This document shows positions 1 to 7,201 of a stretch of 10,884 nucleotides of DNA, piece after piece. Numbering within the stretch: position 1 is the first letter of the stretch; the number at the start of each line of letters is the position of its first letter. The notes below the pieces were generated by a model. That model saw nothing but the letters and a program-made list of their open reading frames with translations, was not told the origin of the DNA and ran no database searches. The stretch spans positions 1 through 10,884 of the forward strand of contig JBDRSV010000022.1 in assembly GCA_043824495.1 (NCBI GenBank). The letters are read 5' to 3'. The position numbers and the translations under genes were made by a program. The DNA is from Candidatus Aenigmatarchaeota archaeon. GTDB taxonomy: Archaea; Aenigmatarchaeota; Aenigmatarchaeia; QMZP01.

Positions 1-872
1 CCATCTATCCATTCAACTGTTGCATTATCATAAGCAAATGCGCGTTTTGTGACTAGATTGTAAACATTGTTTGACCAGTTCTGAATTGTTGTGTATCTCA
101 AACGAGAACCAGGCTTTGCAACAAGTTCTACAACTGCAGAATGTAAAGAATCTGAAGTGTATGTAGGAGCTGTGCAGCCTTCTACATAATGTACAAAACT
201 GTTATCCTCTGTTATTATTAGAGTTCTTTCAAATTGACCAACATTCTTTGTGTTAATTCTAAAATATGCTTGCAAAGGTACATCAATTTTGACGTCCTTA
301 GGAACATAAACAAAGCTTCCTCCAGACCAGACAGCAGAATTCAATGCGGAGAACTTGTTATCATTCATTGGTATTATAGTTCCGAAATACTTCTTGACTA
401 ATTCTGGTTGCTCCTGAAGTGCTGTGTCCATGTCAATGAAAATTACACCTTGTTTTGTTAGATCATCTCTAAGATTATGATAAACAACCTCTGAGTCATA
501 CTGTGCTCCAGCTCCTGCTAAGAATTTTCTTTCAGCTTCTGGTATTCCTAGTTTTTCAAAAGTCTCTTTTATTGTTTTTGGGACAGTTTTCCAGTCTCTT
601 GATTTTGTATCAGTTGGTTTTACATAATAATATAAATTATCAAAATCTATCCCAGAAAGATCTGCTCCCCATGTAGGCATCTTTTTCTTCCAGAAAACTT
701 CTAGAGCTTTTAATCTGTAATCTCTCATCCATTCTGGTTCTTTTTTCATCTCAGAAATTTTTTCAACTATTTCTTTGGTGAGACCCCTCTCTGACTTGAA
801 CACATGGCTTGCAGGGTCGCTGAAACCATATTTGTAATCCTCTTTTACTATAGGCTTAGCTTGGGATGCCAA
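1..872 (-). CDS. sufB: Fe-S cluster assembly protein SufB (partial, runs off the left edge; not in the ORF track)
   Basis: Manual translation of the minus strand from TTG at 872 is open to position 1: [19 protein letters not shown]...[13 protein letters not shown]...[21 protein letters not shown]...[22 protein letters not shown]...QFERTLII...[22 protein letters not shown]...[20 protein letters not shown]. These are hallmark SufB motifs. A G-rich SD (AAGGGGGGCG) precedes the TTG, and the start overlaps the sufC 3' end by 17 nt. Confidence 0.96.
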   Translation of the reverse strand, partial: MASQAKPIVKEDYKYGFSDPASHVFKSERGLTKEIVEKISEMKKEPEWMRDYRLKALEVFWKKKMPTWGADLSGIDFDNLYYYVKPTDTKSRDWKTVPKTIKETFEKLGIPEAERKFLAGAGAQYDSEVVYHNLRDDLTKQGVIFIDMDTALQEQPELVKKYFGTIIPMNDNKFSALNSAVWSGGSFVYVPKDVKIDVPLQAYFRINTKNVGQFERTLIITEDNSFVHYVEGCTAPTYTSDSLHSAVVELVAKPGSRLRYTTIQNWSNNVYNLVTKRAFAYDNATVEWID

Positions 873-1614
873 CTAAATCGCCCCCCTTTGCTAAATTCTC
901 ATAACCATAATGTTCTAATTCTTCTGCTAACTCATGGCCACCAGATTTTACTATTCTACCTTTGATCATTACGTGAATATGATCTGGTTTTATGTATTTT
1001 AGTAATCTCTGATAATGCGTAATCACAATTATGCCCATCTTTCCTGAGAAATTGTTAACTCCCTCAGAAATGACTTTCAATGCATCAATATCAAGACCAG
1101 AATCTGTTTCATCCAAAATTGCTATTTTTGGTTTTAATATAGAAAGCTGTAGTATCTCTGATTTCTTTTTCTCTCCACCAGAGAAACCCTCGTTTAGATA
1201 TCTGTTAGCGAAAGAATCGTCCATTTTAAGTGTTTTCATGTTTTCCTTCAAAACCTCTCTAAACTGAGTTACACTTACTTGGTCATTGTGTAGAGTGTTG
1301 TAAGATGTTCTAAGAAAATCTGATAATTTAACTCCTGGTATTTCACTTGGGTATTGAAATGACAAAAATAAACCAAGCTGGGCTCTTTTGTCTGTAGAAA
1401 GCTCATTTACATCTTTATCATCAATTAATATTCTCCCTTTTGTTATCTCATATCCAGGATGGCCCATTATTGTGAGAGCTAAAGTACTCTTACCAGAACC
1501 ATTAGGACCCATTATAGCATGAATTTGGTTGTTGTCTATCTCTAAATCCACACCCCTGAGGATCTCTTTTCCCTCTACGCTCACGTGTAGATCGACTATT
1601 TTTAGTTTTGTCAT
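856..1614 (-). CDS. sufC: Fe-S cluster assembly ATPase SufC
   Basis: Walker [23 protein letters not shown], signature GFSGGEKK, Walker [22 protein letters not shown]. Lies directly upstream of sufB. SD-like CAGGT before the ATG. Confidence 0.97.
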   Translation of the reverse strand: MTKLKIVDLHVSVEGKEILRGVDLEIDNNQIHAIMGPNGSGKSTLALTIMGHPGYEITKGRILIDDKDVNELSTDKRAQLGLFLSFQYPSEIPGVKLSDFLRTSYNTLHNDQVSVTQFREVLKENMKTLKMDDSFANRYLNEGFSGGEKKKSEILQLSILKPKIAILDETDSGLDIDALKVISEGVNNFSGKMGIIVITHYQRLLKYIKPDHIHVMIKGRIVKSGGHELAEELEHYGYENLAKGGDLVGIPS

Positions 1615-1733
1615 GGAAATTACCTGATTATTATATATTACTCGTCATCTATATTTATAAGTGTTAATACTATAAAATATTAATAAATATGTATAATACT
1701 TATATAATATAAAGCGATAATATATTGATTAAC
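1615..1733. promoter_or_regulatory. Divergent promoter region between sufC and the Lrp-family regulator
   Basis: Very AT-rich. Minus-strand TATA-like TTATAAAT (1653-1660) would place a start site just before the sufC SD. Plus-strand TTATATAA (1700-1707) lies 26 nt before ATG 1734. Inverted repeat TTAATA-N8-TATTAA at 1664-1683. The AT richness makes exact boxes uncertain. Confidence 0.55.
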
Positions 1734-2270
1734 ATGCTAGCGGATAAACTGGGTATAGACGAGAAAGATAGTAAGATTATCTCATGGTATATGGAAGAAC
1801 CCCTTATTTCGCAGAGTGAGATCTCCAAAAGGCTAAAGATATCTCAACCTTCTGTAAATGTGAGGATCCAGAAGCTGATAAATAGAGGCATATTGAAATT
1901 CAACGTTGGAATTGAGTTCAATAAGAGTAATTTGTTCCTCACTAGGGTAGATCTTACATCAAAAGATCCTCATCACACACTAGAGAACCTAAAAGGGTGT
2001 TCATTCTTCGTAAATGGCTTCATAATGTCAGGTAAGAACAATTTATCTGTTTTCCTGGTAAATGAAAATCTAAAGAAGATAGATGAGATCATAAACGAGT
2101 ACATACGGAAAGATTCTCAAGTATCTGACATAAATGTTAATGTCGTTGTTTCTTCAGCAAAAGACTTCGTATTTGGTGTTAATCTGAATCATGCGGCTAC
2201 ACCTAAAATGTGCCTAGATGTTAATTCTTGCAAAGAATGTAAGCGAATGTTGGAAAAGCAGGCATATTAG
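1734..2270 (+). CDS. Lrp/AsnC-family (winged HTH) transcriptional regulator with C-terminal Cys cluster
   Basis: N-terminal IDEKDSKII...SQSEISKRLKISQPSVNVRIQKLINRGIL matches an AsnC-type HTH. It is followed by a RAM-like beta/alpha region and C-x5-C-x2-C (CLDVNSCKEC). ATG 1734 is preferred over TTG 1725 because of TATA spacing. Confidence 0.85.
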   Translation: MLADKLGIDEKDSKIISWYMEEPLISQSEISKRLKISQPSVNVRIQKLINRGILKFNVGIEFNKSNLFLTRVDLTSKDPHHTLENLKGCSFFVNGFIMSGKNNLSVFLVNENLKKIDEIINEYIRKDSQVSDINVNVVVSSAKDFVFGVNLNHAATPKMCLDVNSCKECKRMLEKQAY

Positions 2271-2346
2271 TCGAAATTTCTATGTGAGGATGTCGGTTTT
2301 AAGACGAAAGCACATGGCATCAAAATTCTACAGTAAAGGATATTTT

Positions 2347-2358
2347 TGAATATATTCA
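2347..2358. promoter_or_regulatory. Perfect 12-bp palindrome TGAATATATTCA upstream of the nrdR promoter
   Basis: Exact palindrome read from the sequence, ending 16 nt before the TATA box. Function is inferred only. Confidence 0.35.
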
Positions 2359-2374
2359 CCAAAAGATCCAAATG

Positions 2375-2382
2375 TTTATATA
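2375..2382 (+). promoter_or_regulatory. Archaeal TATA box (TTTATATA) for nrdR-nrdJ
   Basis: Consensus-quality TATA with a purine-rich upstream stretch. Predicts a start site near 2405. Confidence 0.65.
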
Positions 2383-2399
2383 CTAGCTTGGACAATAAC

Positions 2400-2415
2400 T
2401 TACTACATGTTGTAT
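2400..2415. promoter_or_regulatory. NrdR box 1 (ttaCTACATGTTGtat)
   Basis: Matches the bacterial NrdR-box core C-w-A-n-A-T-n-T-w-G at all conserved positions and lies upstream of nrdR-nrdJ. Confidence 0.75.
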
Positions 2416-2431
2416 GTATCTATGGATGGAG

Positions 2432-2447
2432 ATACAATATACGGTAG
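2432..2447. promoter_or_regulatory. NrdR box 2 (ataCAATATACGGtag)
   Basis: 8/10 match to the core CwAtATaTwG, offset exactly 32 bp from box 1, which is the roughly three-turn spacing known for tandem NrdR boxes. Confidence 0.6.
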
Positions 2448-2485
2448 TTGCTGGAAAATGGTTATTTGCCAAAAAGGAAATCTAA

Positions 2486-2947
2486 ATGAAGTGTCCTTAC
2501 TGTGGAACAGATGAAAATAGGGTCACGGATAAAAGAGAGACCGAGGATTTCCAAGTTACCCGAAGGCGACGTGAGTGCCTTAAGTGTAACAAAAGATTTA
2601 CAACATATGAGCGAATGGAGACTCTTGATTTCACAATTGTCAAAAAAGACGGCAGCAGAGAACAATATGACAGAAACAAGCTCTTGGCTGGAGTTTTACA
2701 TGCTTGTGAGAAGAGGCCGATACCAAGATCAAGTATCGAAGAAATGATAAACAAAATTGAAGCTGACCTAAAAGTAAAAAACACAAAGGAAATAAACAGT
2801 AGCCATGTCGGTGAATCTGTGATAAAAGAATTACAACAACTTGATAACGTGGCCTACATAAGATTTGCATCTGTTTACAGAGAGTTTACAGATTTGGAAT
2901 CTTTTGAAAAAGAGTTAACAAAACTCAAAAAAATCCAAGTAAAATAA
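2486..2947 (+). CDS. nrdR: Transcriptional repressor NrdR (Zn ribbon + ATP cone)
   Basis: MKCPYC...RRRRECLKCNKRFTTYER, VKKDGSREQYDRNKL, ACEKRPI, LDNVAYIRFASVYREF are canonical NrdR motifs. Sits immediately upstream of an RNR gene. Confidence 0.97.
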   Translation: MKCPYCGTDENRVTDKRETEDFQVTRRRRECLKCNKRFTTYERMETLDFTIVKKDGSREQYDRNKLLAGVLHACEKRPIPRSSIEEMINKIEADLKVKNTKEINSSHVGESVIKELQQLDNVAYIRFASVYREFTDLESFEKELTKLKKIQVK

Positions 2948-2959
2948 ATGGGTGTGTTA

Positions 2960-5656
2960 ATGGCTGAAGAACAAAATAGAGAAGAAACTAATATAACAAA
3001 AATCAGGAAAAGGGATGATACGATTGTTCCTTTCGAAAGAAAAAGAATTACAGATGCTATTTTTAAAGCCGCTAAAGCTGTTGGCGGATCAAATGATATA
3101 ATTGCTGATAAATTAGCAGATCAAGTTGTAATAGAAATCAATCAAAAATTCCACAAGAGAAGTATACCAGCAGTGGAAGAAATTCAAGATATAGTTGAAA
3201 AAGTTCTGATAGATAATGGTCATGTTAAGACAGCAAAGGCTTACATTTTATATAGACAGAGAAGAAGCGAAATAAGAAGTGCTCAGAAACAGATAATGAA
3301 TGGAAGAACAACAAAAATGCCATTCACATTGAATGCACTAAAAGTTCTGGCTGGTAGATACTTACAAAGAGATTCGAAAGGCAATGTTGTAGAAATACCA
3401 GAAGAAATGTTTAACAGAGTGGCAAAAGTTTTAGCAGAGGTTGAGAAAGATTACGGGAAGAGTGATAAGGAAGTAGAAAAAATAAGAAAAGAGTTTGAAG
3501 ACATTATGTTTAACATGGAGTTTACCCCAGCAGGAAGAACATTAACTAATGCTGGTGCTCCAACACCATTGGTTTCAAATTGTATTGTTTTACATATGGA
3601 AGACAGTATGAAGGGAATATTTAATACGCTAAGAGATGCCTCCCTTCTACAACAAGCAGGTTCTGGCTTGGGATTCCCATTCCATCTTCTTAGACCTGCA
3701 GGAAGCATTGCAAAGAGCTCAAGAGGAGTTGCTTCTGGTCCTGTTTCTTTCCTCAATGTATATAATGATGCTTTTGGTGTGATCAAACAGCAAGGTAGAC
3801 ATGGAGCCAACATGGCTATCATGCAAGTTGATCATCCTGATATATTAGATTTTGTTCATTGTAAATCCGTTGAGGGTGAAGTCAAAAACTTCAATATATC
3901 TGTTGGTTTAACAGACAAATTCATGGAAGCAGTTAAAAATGATGATCCAAATCCATGGGAATGTGAATTCAAAGGAGAAAAAATATATACTAGGAGAATA
4001 GTTAGAGATAGATTCAGAAACATAACATCTATAAAAGAAGAAAAAATGACAGCAAAGAGAATATTCGAAGAAATTGTTTCAGCTGCATGGAATAATGGAG
4101 AGCCTGGTATTGTTTTCTTGGATACAGTAAACAAAACAAATCCTTTGCCACAACTAGGTAGAATTGAAGCATGTAATCCTTGTGGTGAACAGTTCTTACA
4201 TGATGGTGATGTATGCAATTTAGGAAGCATAAATCTCTCCAAATTCGCAAAAGATGGTAATGTTGATTACGAAAGATTGAAGAAAGTAACTAGATTGGCT
4301 GTAAGAATGCTTGATAATGTTATTGATAAAACAGACTTCCCAGTTGAGAAAGTTAACAAAACTTTCAAGTCCAACAGAAGAATTGGATTGGGTGTTATGG
4401 GATTCGCTGACATGTTGTACAAATTGGGAATAAAATATAACTCCAAAGAAGGATTTGAAATGGCAGAGAAGGTTATGGGATGCATACAAGAAGAATCACA
4501 TAAAATGTCATCAGAGCTTGCTGAAGAAAAAGGTGTGTTCCCTAATTATCCTTTCAGTGTCTATAAAGAAACTGGAGTTAAGATGAGAAATGCTGCTCTT
4601 ACAACAATTGCACCAACAGGAACAATATCAATGATGTTTGACGTTTCTAGCGGTTTAGAACCTCACTTTGCTCTTTCTTTTGCAAAATCAGAAGTTATGG
4701 GAGGACAAACTCTTTATTACGTAAACAATGACTTCGAAGCTGAACTTAAGAAAAGAGGATTATTCTCAGATGATTTAATGAGAGACATATCAAAGGTTGG
4801 AACAATTCAGGGGATGAAAGAGTTACCAGAAGACTTAAGAAAAATTTTTGTAACTGCAATGGATATTCCAGCAGAAGATCATATTAAAATGCAATCTCAT
4901 TTCCAAAAGGTTGTCGATAACAGTATAAGTAAGACAATAAACTTCCCTAATACAGCAACAAAAGAAGATGTGATGGAGGGTTATTTGCTTGCTTGGAGTC
5001 TTGGATGTAAAGGCTGTACAGCGTATAGAGACGGAAGTAGAGAAATTCAGGTCTTAGAGATTGTTTCAGAAGACGACAGGAAAAAAGAAAAGAAGAGAGT
5101 TGATCAGGTTGTAAAAGAAAGCAAAAAGAAGGCAGAGTCAATAGCAGTTGAAACTGAAGCTGTTCCTATACCTCAGCAAGAGAAAAATTTAGAAGAATTT
5201 AAACAAGAAGCATATCATTCAGAAGTTCCTATACTAGCAACTCCACCATCAACACAGTATACAACAGAAATGACAAGCGCAGAAATGACAATAGATCCAA
5301 ATGTTGATACTCATATAGTAGACATGATCACAACTCCTCAACCACCTATGCATACAACAAAACAAACACTTCTTGTGCCAGAGACACCTAGTGGTGGAAT
5401 GTTGAGTAGCGGTGGTATGTTAAATGGTACTGGAATGACAAACGGAATGTCATCTAATGGAAATGGTATGTTATCAAATGGTAATGATATGACATCAAAT
5501 GGTAATGGGTTTGCTATTCCTAATGGGAATAGCGTGTTATCAAAGAAAAGTATGAGAGATTTGAAAGCATGTCCAGAATGCAGTAGCCCAAACATAACTT
5601 TCAATGAAGGATGCTTTAATTGCAGGGAATGCGGGTTTTCTCTTTGTTCTTTGTAA
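2960..5656 (+). CDS. nrdJ: Class II (adenosylcobalamin-dependent) ribonucleotide reductase with N-terminal ATP cone and C-terminal Cys-rich Zn-ribbon-like tail
   Basis: ATP cone (IRKRDDTIVPFERKRITDAIFKA...VEEIQDIVEKVL...TAKAYILYR), FTPAGRTL, SNCIV, GGAN-like RHGANM, NFNISV, GEPG, NPCGEQ, CNLGSINL, RRIGLGVMG, TIAPTGTIS, SISKTINF, AYRDGSR, and terminal CPEC...GCFNCRECGFSLC. No class I YY motif, no nrdB nearby, no intein. The start may be 2948; 2960 has a GGTG SD-like element. Confidence 0.95.
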   Translation: MAEEQNREETNITKIRKRDDTIVPFERKRITDAIFKAAKAVGGSNDIIADKLADQVVIEINQKFHKRSIPAVEEIQDIVEKVLIDNGHVKTAKAYILYRQRRSEIRSAQKQIMNGRTTKMPFTLNALKVLAGRYLQRDSKGNVVEIPEEMFNRVAKVLAEVEKDYGKSDKEVEKIRKEFEDIMFNMEFTPAGRTLTNAGAPTPLVSNCIVLHMEDSMKGIFNTLRDASLLQQAGSGLGFPFHLLRPAGSIAKSSRGVASGPVSFLNVYNDAFGVIKQQGRHGANMAIMQVDHPDILDFVHCKSVEGEVKNFNISVGLTDKFMEAVKNDDPNPWECEFKGEKIYTRRIVRDRFRNITSIKEEKMTAKRIFEEIVSAAWNNGEPGIVFLDTVNKTNPLPQLGRIEACNPCGEQFLHDGDVCNLGSINLSKFAKDGNVDYERLKKVTRLAVRMLDNVIDKTDFPVEKVNKTFKSNRRIGLGVMGFADMLYKLGIKYNSKEGFEMAEKVMGCIQEESHKMSSELAEEKGVFPNYPFSVYKETGVKMRNAALTTIAPTGTISMMFDVSSGLEPHFALSFAKSEVMGGQTLYYVNNDFEAELKKRGLFSDDLMRDISKVGTIQGMKELPEDLRKIFVTAMDIPAEDHIKMQSHFQKVVDNSISKTINFPNTATKEDVMEGYLLAWSLGCKGCTAYRDGSREIQVLEIVSEDDRKKEKKRVDQVVKESKKKAESIAVETEAVPIPQQEKNLEEFKQEAYHSEVPILATPPSTQYTTEMTSAEMTIDPNVDTHIVDMITTPQPPMHTTKQTLLVPETPSGGMLSSGGMLNGTGMTNGMSSNGNGMLSNGNDMTSNGNGFAIPNGNSVLSKKSMRDLKACPECSSPNITFNEGCFNCRECGFSLCSL
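5390..5542 (+). repeat. Degenerate in-frame tandem repeat (5-8 aa units) within the nrdJ linker
   Basis: SGGMLS-SGGML-NGTGMT-NGMSS-NGNGMLS-NGNDMTS-NGNGFAIP-NGNSVLS. DNA units such as aatggaaatggtatgttatca / aatggtaatgatatgacatca / aatgggaatagcgtgttatca. Confidence 0.85.
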
Positions 5657-5689
5657 GACCTTTTTAATTCCTACAATCAAATTCTAAAT

Positions 5690-6160
5690 ATGGTAGAAAT
5701 CAGAACAGCAAAATTGGAGGATTTAAAAGAGATTCAGAGGCTTAATCAAATTCTATGTAAGAAGGAGCATGATGAATACGATCCTCTAATTATAGGAGAC
5801 TGGCCATATAGAAAAGAAGGAGAAGAATTTTTTAAAAACAGGATCATAGAAGAGGATGGTTTTGTTGTGGTGGCTATTAAGAATAATATTATTATAGGTT
5901 ATCTTGCAGGAGGTCTATCAAAGCCTTTGAGTTACAGGAAAATAGATAAAATGGTAGAACTGGATAACATGTTTGTTCTTGATGCTTACAGAAGTTCGGG
6001 TATAGGTTCTAAGCTATATAATGAGTTTGTTAAATGGTGTAAGAAGACAGGAACTAAGAGAATACTTGTCCATGCTTCTGCACAAAACAAAAAGGGAATA
6101 GAATTCTATAAGAAAGTTGGTTTCAAAGAATATACAATGGAATTAGAAACTGAGGTTTGA
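5690..6160 (+). CDS. GNAT-family N-acetyltransferase
   Basis: IRTAKLEDL start, ELDNMFVLDAYRSSGIGSKL (acetyl-CoA motif A), NKKGIEFYKKVGF (motif B). TATA-like TTTTTAAT at 5661-5668 suggests a leaderless promoter. Confidence 0.92.
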   Translation: MVEIRTAKLEDLKEIQRLNQILCKKEHDEYDPLIIGDWPYRKEGEEFFKNRIIEEDGFVVVAIKNNIIIGYLAGGLSKPLSYRKIDKMVELDNMFVLDAYRSSGIGSKLYNEFVKWCKKTGTKRILVHASAQNKKGIEFYKKVGFKEYTMELETEV

Positions 6161-6161
6161 T

Positions 6162-6575
6162 ATGAAAATAACAGTTTGTGGAAGCATGGTTTTCTCAGAA
6201 AAGATGGCAGAAACAAAAAAAGAGCTTGAAAATCTAGGCCATGGAGTGTTTATATCAAGTTTTGCAGAGAAATATGTAGGTAAAACTGAAAAAGAAAAAG
6301 AACAGCAAACAATATATGACAAGAATGAAAATGATGCCATACGTGAGTTTTGGGAGAAGATCAGAGAGAGTGATGCCATACTCGTGTTGAATTATGATAG
6401 AAAGGGTATCAAAAACTACATAGGTGGTAATACCTTAATGGAGATAGGGTTTGCTCACGTACTAAACAAGAAGATATTTCTAATGAATCCTGTACCAGAG
6501 ATAGAGTATTATAAATCAGAGATTGAAGCTGTTAGGCCTGTTGTTATTCATTCTGATTTCACTAAAATTAGTTAA
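6162..6575 (+). CDS. Nucleoside 2-deoxyribosyltransferase / nucleotide N-glycosidase-like protein (NDT/Rcl fold)
   Basis: N-terminal VCGS, SDAILV, and GNTLMEIGFA with the family catalytic Glu position, followed by KKIFL. One nt gap after the GNAT stop. Confidence 0.6.
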   Translation: MKITVCGSMVFSEKMAETKKELENLGHGVFISSFAEKYVGKTEKEKEQQTIYDKNENDAIREFWEKIRESDAILVLNYDRKGIKNYIGGNTLMEIGFAHVLNKKIFLMNPVPEIEYYKSEIEAVRPVVIHSDFTKIS

Positions 6576-6577
6576 AC

Positions 6578-7186
6578 TTAACCAAAGCTTTTACCGCATC
6601 CACATGAAGCAGAAGCATTTGGATTGTTGAATTTGAATCCTGATTGTTGAAGAGTTTCTACATAATCTACTTCAATTCCTTTTAGAAGTTCCATACTCTC
6701 TGGACTTACAAACAATCTAAGACCATGAGCTTCAATTACTATGTCATTATCTGCAGGTTCTTTCTCGAAATCCATGTCATATGTGTTTCCTGCACATCCT
6801 CCTGCAAGAACACCTAGTCTGATACCATATTCTTCTTTACCTTGTTCTTTTAGAAGAACTTTAAGTTTTTCTGCTGCTTTTGCTGTTAACGTAACGTCTT
6901 CGCCTGGTTCATGCTTATGATCTGTTTTAGAATCTTGGTTTTTGAATTTCTCTCTTTCGGCAGTTATGGCTTTGTTTATGTCGTTTACAATGTTGTCTAT
7001 AACCTTATCGTCAAGACCGTGTCCACGAGCACCTGCTTCTATACTTTCGTATGGATTAACATGGCACCCAACGCAATGCAGTCCATATTCTAACATAATC
7101 TCTGATGATTTAGGAAAGGTTTGTATAACCTCACCTATAGTCATAGACTTTGTTACTACTAGTATCTCTGCCTCTTGTTGGGTCAT
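6578..7186 (-). CDS. DUF1858 (CxxC) domain fused to HesB/IscA A-type Fe-S carrier
   Basis: Residues about 9-74 (VTKSMTIGEV...IMLEYGLHCVGCH...ESIEAGARGHG) fit DUF1858. Residues 98-202 (VTLTAKAAEKL...GGCAG...NPNASASCGCGKSF) are HesB/IscA with all three Cys. SD GGTGA at 7191-7195. Confidence 0.88.
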   Translation of the reverse strand: MTQQEAEILVVTKSMTIGEVIQTFPKSSEIMLEYGLHCVGCHVNPYESIEAGARGHGLDDKVIDNIVNDINKAITAEREKFKNQDSKTDHKHEPGEDVTLTAKAAEKLKVLLKEQGKEEYGIRLGVLAGGCAGNTYDMDFEKEPADNDIVIEAHGLRLFVSPESMELLKGIEVDYVETLQQSGFKFNNPNASASCGCGKSFG

Positions 7187-7201
7187 AAAATCACCATAAC
7201 T

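Noticed and set aside
1031-1267. 78-aa plus-strand ORF
   Set aside because: Antisense shadow of sufC with no recognisable motif or start signal.
2281-2345. Hammerhead-like string GTGAGGA-T-GTC-loop-GAC-GAAA in the Lrp-nrdR spacer, within a possible ATGTG...CACAT stem
   Set aside because: Position 3 is G, so the C3-G8 pair is missing. An extra T breaks the stem II register, and no stem I or III with a UH cleavage site can be drawn. There is also no D box for a C/D RNA.
2415-2436. Hairpin TGTATCT-N8-AGATACA in the nrdR leader
   Set aside because: Only 7 AT-rich pairs, partly made of the NrdR-box flanks, with no U-tract. Not supportable as an attenuator.
2271-2485. Possible cobalamin riboswitch upstream of the B12-dependent RNR
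   Set aside because: No B12-box or other conserved elements, and the space is explained by the promoter and NrdR boxes.
2462-2870. Four short alternative ORFs over nrdR (2462-2665, 2497-2784, 2502-2747, 2640-2870)
   Set aside because: All overlap a well-supported gene, with no protein-like features.
3451-5604. Seven minus-strand ORFs antisense to nrdJ
   Set aside because: Ser/Phe/Leu/Ile-rich translations typical of the reverse of A-rich coding DNA. The repeats in 5338-5604 simply mirror the nrdJ linker.
2960-5656. Intein in the RNR (a common host)
   Set aside because: Core motifs are contiguous at normal spacing. The long insert is low-complexity, with no C/S...HN splice ends or LAGLIDADG motifs.
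5690-6575. GNAT toxin-antitoxin or Thoeris-like defence pair
   Set aside because: No upstream RHH antitoxin and no SIR2, Macro or other effector gene nearby. The context is housekeeping.
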